From the NCBI GenBank assembly GCA_027490195.1, contig JAIXYN010000006.1, positions 6,930 to 70,929 of the forward strand: 64,000 nucleotides of DNA, read 5' to 3'. Of the stretch, positions 58,219 to 64,000 are shown piece after piece. The notes beneath the pieces were generated by a model. That model searched no databases, was not told where the DNA came from, and saw only the letters and a list, made by a program, of their open reading frames with translations. Numbering within the stretch: position 1 is the stretch's first letter; each line of letters opens with the position of its first letter. The translations under genes were made by a program, and so were the position numbers. Source of the stretch: Verrucomicrobiaceae bacterium. GTDB lineage: Bacteria; Verrucomicrobiota; Verrucomicrobiia; Verrucomicrobiales; Verrucomicrobiaceae.

Positions 58219-58641
58219 ATGACGTCCCTGCCCGCCGTTGCCTCAGCCCTGCTCCTCCTCATCCTCCTGAGCAGTTGCTGCTCCGCCCCCAAGCCCCCGG
58301 TGGATTCTTATGAACACCTCACGATCTCCGGAGTGATCGACGGCAGCGAGAAGTTCATCTTCGCCCCGGAGCAAGTGAAGTGGGTGCACCTCCACTGGTC
58401 TGAGCCCGATGACATGACGTTCAAGGGCAAGCCTTGGAACAACCCGCGCAAGACACCGGCCCAGTGGGCCGACTTTGCACATCTGGATCTTCCCCATTCG
58501 CGCATCGTCCAGCGCCAGGGCCGCGACGTCGTGGCCCTGGAACCAACCGCGAGCGGCTTTGTCCTGTATCTGGTCGATTCACCCAATGGCGCCGACAACT
58601 ACTCCGTCACCATCGCCATTCCCAAACAGCGGAAGAAGTGA
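58219..58641 (+). CDS. Hypothetical lipoprotein
   Basis: Lipobox LLSSC; start placed at MTSLPAV. Confidence 0.75.
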   Translation: MTSLPAVASALLLLILLSSCCSAPKPPVDSYEHLTISGVIDGSEKFIFAPEQVKWVHLHWSEPDDMTFKGKPWNNPRKTPAQWADFAHLDLPHSRIVQRQGRDVVALEPTASGFVLYLVDSPNGADNYSVTIAIPKQRKK

Positions 58642-58698
58642 GTCCACCCCCGTGACCTCACGGTGATTCATGCAGACCCAAGGTCGCCACGAAACGTT

Positions 58699-59400
58699 AT
58701 GCGTCACCTCCTGCTCCCCACACTCGCGCTTCTCCTGCTGGCTCCCGGTTGCAGCCGCAAGCCACCCAAGGCCGTCGTCCCGCCGCTGCCTGCCGTGAAG
58801 GTGGAAGACGTCCATGCCCCGGCCAGTCCGGCCGTAACGATTGCGCGCGGATCGAACCTGCGCGAGGTGGCGACCACCGCCTACGGGCACGAGGATTTCA
58901 GCGGCTTCGTCGCAGCGCTCAATGGCTTGGCCAATCCTGAACGTGTGGCGGCCGGTGCCATGCTCAAGACACCCTCCCTGCCCGCCGCCTTGCGTGATGC
59001 CGGACTCGGCCCAGCCTACCAGCCTGCCTTCAATGTGCTGGCCCAGACCTGGGCGGAACTGCGCACAGCACTGCCGGACTACCAGCGCGAGCGCGATCTT
59101 GCTCTCCATGCCTCCGGCAGTCGTGATAGCACCACGTTCGCGATCTCCGTCCCTCTCAGCCGCCGTCTCCTCCAATGCGCGGACAATATGGATGCCGCAC
59201 TCGATGTGCTGGGCCATCCCCAGGCAGGCCACAAGCTGCCGCGCAGCACCCTCGGCCAGTTTGCCGGAGCCTCGGGCTATCTGCGCCTCTTCGCGACGGG
59301 TCAGGTCGGGAGCCTCGACTACGACGTCTTCCTGGCTGAAAAAAGCTTTGGCCTGGGCTTCAGCTATGCCCTGATCTGGGTGCAGGCGCACCATCAATGA
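58699..59400 (+). CDS. Hypothetical lipoprotein with LysM-like segment
   Basis: Lipobox APGC; IARGSNLREVATTAYG...LAALNGLANPERVAAGAMLKTP resembles LysM. Confidence 0.7.
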   Translation: MRHLLLPTLALLLLAPGCSRKPPKAVVPPLPAVKVEDVHAPASPAVTIARGSNLREVATTAYGHEDFSGFVAALNGLANPERVAAGAMLKTPSLPAALRDAGLGPAYQPAFNVLAQTWAELRTALPDYQRERDLALHASGSRDSTTFAISVPLSRRLLQCADNMDAALDVLGHPQAGHKLPRSTLGQFAGASGYLRLFATGQVGSLDYDVFLAEKSFGLGFSYALIWVQAHHQ

Positions 59401-59458
59401 ACTCGTAAAGCGAATGCCCCCCTTCTCCGCTCAGACTGCTTGCCGGACTTTTCCGGGA

Positions 59459-59529
59459 CGTAGGTTGGTCGTGTTTGGCGTGCCTGGCTTTCTCCTTCTC
59501 CCCATTGCGCTTCGCCAAACCGCCCGACT
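59459..59529. repeat. About 70-bp palindromic dispersed repeat, copy B (inverted relative to copy A)
   Basis: CTTCGCCAAACCGCCCGACT is the exact reverse complement of 36509-36528; the other arm matches 23/25. Confidence 0.8.
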
Positions 59530-59578
59530 GTTTGCGTGTTCGCCCCCCATGTGGCGTGCTAGGCAATGGCACATTCGT

Positions 59579-59632
59579 TCACACCACCGACCCCGCCACA
59601 TCCTTCCACTTCGCGTGCCATTCATCGAACAC
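59579..59632 (-). repeat. Duplicated 3' end (including a stop codon) of the gene at 60866-61993
   Basis: 59591-59632 is identical to 60878-60919 (42 bp); 54 bp with 4 mismatches; encodes VFDEWHAKWKDVAGSVV* versus VFDEWHAKWKDVAGPVV*. Confidence 0.92.
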
Positions 59633-59704
59633 CAGCTGCCCTAAAGAGTTGGACATCACCATCCCGTTTGAAATACCCTGGGACTCAACCTCCCATCGAG
59701 CCCC

Positions 59705-60292
59705 ATGCCTCCACGTTTTCCAGTCTTTTGGGTCACCCTGCTGCTGTTCATCTTGGTAGCAGCGTCCACACAGGACGCTTTAGTGGGCGGCGTCCACCTC
59801 ATCCTCATCCTGCCGTTGGTCCTTTTGGGCCAGTGGTGCGTGCGCTGGCTTTTTCGTCGGTTTCACTCCCCGGTGTGGCTGCGTCGCAGCGCCATGCTGC
59901 TGCCAGCTCTTGTTCTTGCAGCCAAACTTTTCATCGCCGGCGGAAGAGACACCCAGGCTCTCAGAATCGCATTTGCAGGAAACATACCTGCCGGAATCCA
60001 TGATCTACACATCCAGGAAGACGCGTGGACCGACTATGTGGTAACCGCCTACTTCCGCTGCGATCCCGCAAGCCTGCGCGCCATTCTTGAGCGCCCACCC
60101 TTCACCCGCAGTAGCTCCCAGCCAGAACCTCTCGAGTTCAGTACAACAGACTTTCCAGGTCTTCACGCCTTGCCTGATTTTAACGGCCTCATCACGTTTA
60201 AGCGCACCGACATGGAAAACGGCAGCGACTACTGCACGGTGCAGACGGATGCCACATTCAGCTTTGCCTGCATCGTCTATTCCGTGGATTGA
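59705..60292 (+). CDS. Hypothetical membrane protein
   Basis: Three N-terminal hydrophobic segments and a soluble C-terminal domain; lies inside the direct-repeat-bounded islet. Confidence 0.75.
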   Translation: MPPRFPVFWVTLLLFILVAASTQDALVGGVHLILILPLVLLGQWCVRWLFRRFHSPVWLRRSAMLLPALVLAAKLFIAGGRDTQALRIAFAGNIPAGIHDLHIQEDAWTDYVVTAYFRCDPASLRAILERPPFTRSSSQPEPLEFSTTDFPGLHALPDFNGLITFKRTDMENGSDYCTVQTDATFSFACIVYSVD

Positions 60293-60322
60293 CTCAATCC
60301 ATCAACGAATCCAGGCCTCACA

Positions 60323-60853
60323 ATGAAAAGCCGCCTGCTGCTCCTTTCTCTACTTCTATCGCTGCTCCAGCCATCCTGCGCCACACGCCTCGCTTGTGAC
60401 TTCTCAGCACCCAGACTGAGCTGGCAGCATCCCAAGACGCCCAAAGACGGCAGTGAGGAGGGCCGTGTGGCGAGTTACATCACAGGCTGCACCGAGGACG
60501 GCTTTACCCTGTCCGAAGTGAACCACATCAATCATCTGCCGCAATGCGGTATGGATCTCTTTGCCACCTTTCTGACACTGGGCTTGATCCCACACTCCGC
60601 CCCCAATCCGATCCGTGCCACCGTTACAGGGTATGTCGATGGCCGGAAGAAAACAGAAACTTTCGCGCTCTCAATCGAGCGCCACACCTCCCTCTGGCAC
60701 AATCTGCTGCCCGAACGCCACGATGACCGCGTCATCGCACGCGCGGTGCTTCAAGCTCTCCGCCACCGGAAGGAGCGTGATCCAGAGATGCAAAAGCTGC
60801 TGAATCAATACGGAAAATTGGAACTAGAGAAGCTCAAAGCACACAAGGGATGA
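60323..60853 (+). CDS. Hypothetical lipoprotein
   Basis: MKSRLLLLSLLLSLLQPSC lipobox; inside the islet. Confidence 0.75.
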   Translation: MKSRLLLLSLLLSLLQPSCATRLACDFSAPRLSWQHPKTPKDGSEEGRVASYITGCTEDGFTLSEVNHINHLPQCGMDLFATFLTLGLIPHSAPNPIRATVTGYVDGRKKTETFALSIERHTSLWHNLLPERHDDRVIARAVLQALRHRKERDPEMQKLLNQYGKLELEKLKAHKG

Positions 60854-60865
60854 AAGGCAGCGCCC

Positions 60866-61993
60866 CTACACTACCGGCCCCGCCACATCCTTCCACTTCG
60901 CGTGCCATTCATCGAACACGATCGGTGAGATCTCGCTGGGCTTGATTTCGCTGCGGCCGCCCCAGAACACGTTGGTGTATTCGACTGGGATGCCGGACTC
61001 GATGAGGTGCTTGTCGATGGCGGCCTTGTGGGAGAGCACTGTGTCCTTGTCGGTGCCGTGGATGACGCCCATGATGTTCACGTTGGCAAAGCGGTCGCCA
61101 CCTTCACGCCAGTAGGCGTGGGTCATGATGGGATGACGCCCCACCTCGCCGCCGGCGCGTTCTTCCATGCCCTTCGGCACCTTCCAGTGGAAGAGCGCAT
61201 TGAAGCGCGTGACGCGCACGCCCGTGGCGCTGGGTTTGACATGCTCCAGGAAGGTGGAGAAGCGGCCGATGACGCCCTTCTCATCCAGGCGCTTGGCGAC
61301 TTCACAAAATTTCTCAAACGAGACTCCGGAGGCCTTGGCTCGGCCTTCCCAAGGAATAGGGCCGACTTCCTCGATGGAGAGGTCACCTTTGAGATGCAGC
61401 AGCACATTCCACTCTTCGGCATCCAGTTCGGCGATGTTGGTGGTCATCATCACGGCGGGCACATCGGCCTTTTCGCCGGGTTCCATCGTCTTGCGCCGCA
61501 CATGACCGACGCCAAGGGCGAAGATGCCATGCGCCTGCATGGTGTAGTAGCTTTCAGCACCGATCAGACGTGCCAGCACATCGCAATGATGATTGATGTC
61601 ATAGCCCTGCGGCACTTTCAGCGTGGTCCACAGGCGGTAGTCGCTGCCGCTGACCTCGCGGTCGGTGGAGCGCAGCACCACGTGGCCGCTGAAAGGGTCC
61701 TGCTTGAAGAGAAATTCAAAGGCGGCTTCCAGCTTTTCCGGCGGCACTTTCCAGGCCACCAGTGCGCCTTCAGCCAACTTGTTCGCCAACAGGGTCTGCC
61801 GCACGCGGCGGATCACTCCGGCCTTCAGCATCGCTTGAATGCGCTCCACCACGGTCTCCAGTGGCAGGCCGCAGCCTTGTGCAATGTCCTGGAACGGCGT
61901 GGGGGTGAAGCCTTTGATGCGGTCTTCGCTCACGGCGAGGATTTGCGCGTTGATCGGGTCGGTATGGTCGGTGGGAAGGTCGGCGGCGGACAT
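60866..61993 (-). CDS. Fused AhbA-AhbB / NirDL-like protein (siroheme decarboxylase-like; Lrp/AsnC fold twice)
   Basis: Two tandem wHTH + alpha/beta units: TPTPFQDIA.GCGLPLETVVERIQAMLKAGVIRRV and KRLDEKGVIGRF...NALFHWKVP...THAYWR...NIMGVIHG. Confidence 0.72.
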   Translation of the reverse strand: MSAADLPTDHTDPINAQILAVSEDRIKGFTPTPFQDIAQGCGLPLETVVERIQAMLKAGVIRRVRQTLLANKLAEGALVAWKVPPEKLEAAFEFLFKQDPFSGHVVLRSTDREVSGSDYRLWTTLKVPQGYDINHHCDVLARLIGAESYYTMQAHGIFALGVGHVRRKTMEPGEKADVPAVMMTTNIAELDAEEWNVLLHLKGDLSIEEVGPIPWEGRAKASGVSFEKFCEVAKRLDEKGVIGRFSTFLEHVKPSATGVRVTRFNALFHWKVPKGMEERAGGEVGRHPIMTHAYWREGGDRFANVNIMGVIHGTDKDTVLSHKAAIDKHLIESGIPVEYTNVFWGGRSEIKPSEISPIVFDEWHAKWKDVAGPVV

Positions 61994-62096
61994 GGCTGGT
62001 AGTCGGGGGGGAGTCACCCTTAGAGGCAACCCGAAGGAAATGCGAGATTTGAAATTTGCGATTTAGCACCCATCAATTGCCGTCTAGGATGGGCCC

Positions 62097-62474
62097 ATGG
62101 ACAACCGCAAGCCCACCGCCGCCATGCGCAGGCGCCACAACCTGATCTCGGCGTGGCGCGGCGTGGAGGACGGGCCGCTCATGGACCTTCCCACCCTCAG
62201 GGTGGGAGACCTCGCCACGCAGATCATGGCCAAGGCCGGCATGGCGAACCGCGTGAAGCTGGAGGACATCCTTGCCGCTTGGCAGGAGATCGTCGGCGCG
62301 TTCCTCTTCAAGCTCACCCGCCCAGACACCTTTGAGCGCGGCATCCTCACCGTCCGCCTCATGCAACCCACGGCCCACCACGCGCTAATGCAGGAGAAAG
62401 TGAAAATTCTCAAGCGTCTGCAGGAGAAGCTGCCCGATGCGAAGATCAAGGATGTCCGCTTCCGCCATGGGTGA
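62097..62474 (+). CDS. DUF721 / DciA family protein
   Basis: AWQEIVG...TRPDTFERGILTV...LQEKL...IKDVRFR. Confidence 0.8.
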   Translation: MDNRKPTAAMRRRHNLISAWRGVEDGPLMDLPTLRVGDLATQIMAKAGMANRVKLEDILAAWQEIVGAFLFKLTRPDTFERGILTVRLMQPTAHHALMQEKVKILKRLQEKLPDAKIKDVRFRHG

Positions 62475-62482
62475 ACGGAAAA

Positions 62483-62563
62483 AAATGACGAAAGCAGAAT
62501 GAGGAATGACGAATTGTTTCCAACCGTGCAAGCCATGACGTAATGACTTCTCATTCGTCATTC
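62483..62563. repeat. AATGACGAA-family imperfect hairpin between dciA and the cbiX-like gene
   Basis: AATGACGAAAGCAGAATGAGGAATGACGAAT ... TTCTCATTCGTCATTCC. Confidence 0.7.
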
Positions 62564-62579
62564 CAGCTCCCATCTCTTC

Positions 62580-64000
62580 TTGAACTCTCACTCCCACGCC
62601 GCCCTCATCATTATCGGTCACGGTTCCACCACGAATCCGGACTCCAGCGCCCCTACACACCTGCACGCCGACTCCATTCGCCGTCGCGGCCTCTTCCGCG
62701 AAGTCGCCTGCTGCTTCTGGAAGGAAGAACCCAACATGCGCGAGGTCTACGAGATGGTGGACAGCGAGGTCATCTACATCGTCCCGAATTTCATCAGCGA
62801 AGGCTACTTCTGCCAGCAGGTGATCCCGCGTGAGCTGCGGCTCGACGGCCCCACCACGCAGCGCGATGGCAAAACGATCCACTACTGCGATCCCGTGGGC
62901 ATACACCCGAACATGACGCGCCTTCTGCTGCAGCGCGCCGATGAAGTCGCCCCCCATGTGCCGCGTGATCAGACCAGCCTCGTCATCGTCGGCCACGGCA
63001 CCAGCCTGAACGAAAACTCCACCAAGGCCATTCAGGATCAGGTCGCCCTCATTCGCGGCGGCCACTACGGCTTCGCTGAAGTCATCGACACCTACATGGA
63101 GGAGGCCCCCTTTGTGAAGGACTGGGCCACGCTCACCACCGCGCCGAACGTCGTCGTCGTTCCTTTCTTCATCGCCGATGGCCTGCACAGCTTTCAAGAC
63201 ATCCCCGTCCTTCTCGGCATGCGCGAGGACGTCGGTGCAGCCCTCAGCGAGATCGGCGTCTTCCATCAAAACCCGCACCATCTCCAGGGCCGCCAGATCT
63301 ACTACAGCGGCGCCATCGGCACCGAGCCCCTCATGGCAGATGTCATCCTCGATCAGGTGAACGACTTCGATGCCAAGCACCAAGTGCAGAACAAAAAAGG
63401 CCTACCGAACGACGAGGTGAAATCCTCCCTCGCCTACTGGCTGAACTCCGGAATCGATGAAATCGGTGAGATCGTCATCACGACCAACCCCGACGGCACC
63501 TACTCGCTCTGCCACATCGCCGATCGCGGCAGAGAGGATCTCCAAGTCCACCACGAAGCTTACGATGCCCTCTTCATCGCCCGGAACGATGCCAGCGGCA
63601 CCTTCCGCCCGCTGCATTCCGCCCCCACCCTGAATCGCGGCTGGCGGCTCGACCTTGCCGACCTCGACAAACTGCGCCTAGCCCTCGATTTCTTCTACCC
63701 CGCCGCCATCGGCATGGCACGCGCACTTGAGCAGGAAAAGCTTACCGCCGTCCCGCTACGCGATCTCCTCGGCCGCCAGACCGGCATGTACCGCTTCGCC
63801 AACAACATCACCGATGATCAGGCCCACGCACTCATCGGCAAGACCTGCGCCAACACCAAGTGCCTCCGCCGCATCCTCTGGCCCCTCACCGCCACCCAGC
63901 CCATGGACGGAGCCGCAGCCGCCAAAACGCAGCCCACTCACGCCCCCAACGCCATGCCTCTCCTCTGCATCGAAGCCTGCACGCATGTCGTTTCAGCAGC
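62580..64000 (+). CDS. CbiX/SirB chelatase-fold protein fused to a DR2241-like Cys-rich domain (runs off the right edge)
   Basis: Manual translation from TTG 62580: ALIIIGHGS...CFWKEEP...VPNFISEGYF; second unit LVIVGHGT...YMEEAP...VPFFIADGLH; then FRPLHSAP, FFYPAA, RQTGMY, CANTKCLRRILW, LCIEAC. Missing from the ORF track because there is no stop in the window. Confidence 0.85.
   Translation, partial: MNSHSHAALIIIGHGSTTNPDSSAPTHLHADSIRRRGLFREVACCFWKEEPNMREVYEMVDSEVIYIVPNFISEGYFCQQVIPRELRLDGPTTQRDGKTIHYCDPVGIHPNMTRLLLQRADEVAPHVPRDQTSLVIVGHGTSLNENSTKAIQDQVALIRGGHYGFAEVIDTYMEEAPFVKDWATLTTAPNVVVVPFFIADGLHSFQDIPVLLGMREDVGAALSEIGVFHQNPHHLQGRQIYYSGAIGTEPLMADVILDQVNDFDAKHQVQNKKGLPNDEVKSSLAYWLNSGIDEIGEIVITTNPDGTYSLCHIADRGREDLQVHHEAYDALFIARNDASGTFRPLHSAPTLNRGWRLDLADLDKLRLALDFFYPAAIGMARALEQEKLTAVPLRDLLGRQTGMYRFANNITDDQAHALIGKTCANTKCLRRILWPLTATQPMDGAAAAKTQPTHAPNAMPLLCIEACTHVVSA

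Noticed and set aside
1-64000. CRISPR array, prophage, IS transposase, integrase or rRNA
   Set aside because: No regularly spaced repeats with unique spacers, no phage structural or recombinase motifs, and no rRNA-like sequence were seen.

Overview
High-GC bacterial chromosomal window. Its gene content (DUF1549/DUF1553 plus DUF1501 genes, a PEP-CTERM protein, a sulfatase, A/C-rich start contexts without Shine-Dalgarno) suggests Verrucomicrobia, probably Prosthecobacter-like; this is an inference. The backbone is housekeeping and metabolic: nusA-infB-rbfA, amtB, a Gld-like ABC exporter, TetR-RND efflux, an NtrC-family regulator, queF-queC, an IclR-DUF1553-DUF1501 operon, mog, prc, rlmN, nadE, a cyclophilin, HAD-Nudix-folB, a fused AhbA/B (NirDL-like) gene, dciA and a CbiX/DR2241-type gene running off the right end. 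Three toxin-antitoxin pairs and several AT-richer orphan genes are interspersed. I found no complete tRNA or rRNA, CRISPR array, integrase or transposase. The best leads are: (1) an attC-like hairpin bounding an apparently ORF-less mini cassette, next to a tRNA 3'-end remnant (10.1-10.4 kb); (2) a 1.29-kb two-gene islet bracketed by a duplicated 3' end of the ahbAB-like protein-coding gene; (3) a HAD-Nudix fusion upstream of folB, a candidate for both dephosphorylation steps before FolB; (4) a fused siroheme-decarboxylase-like gene near a CbiX-DR2241 gene; (5) a terminator-like hairpin in the nusA leader; (6) several intergenic palindromic repeat families. All family assignments come from motif recognition by eye, not database searches.
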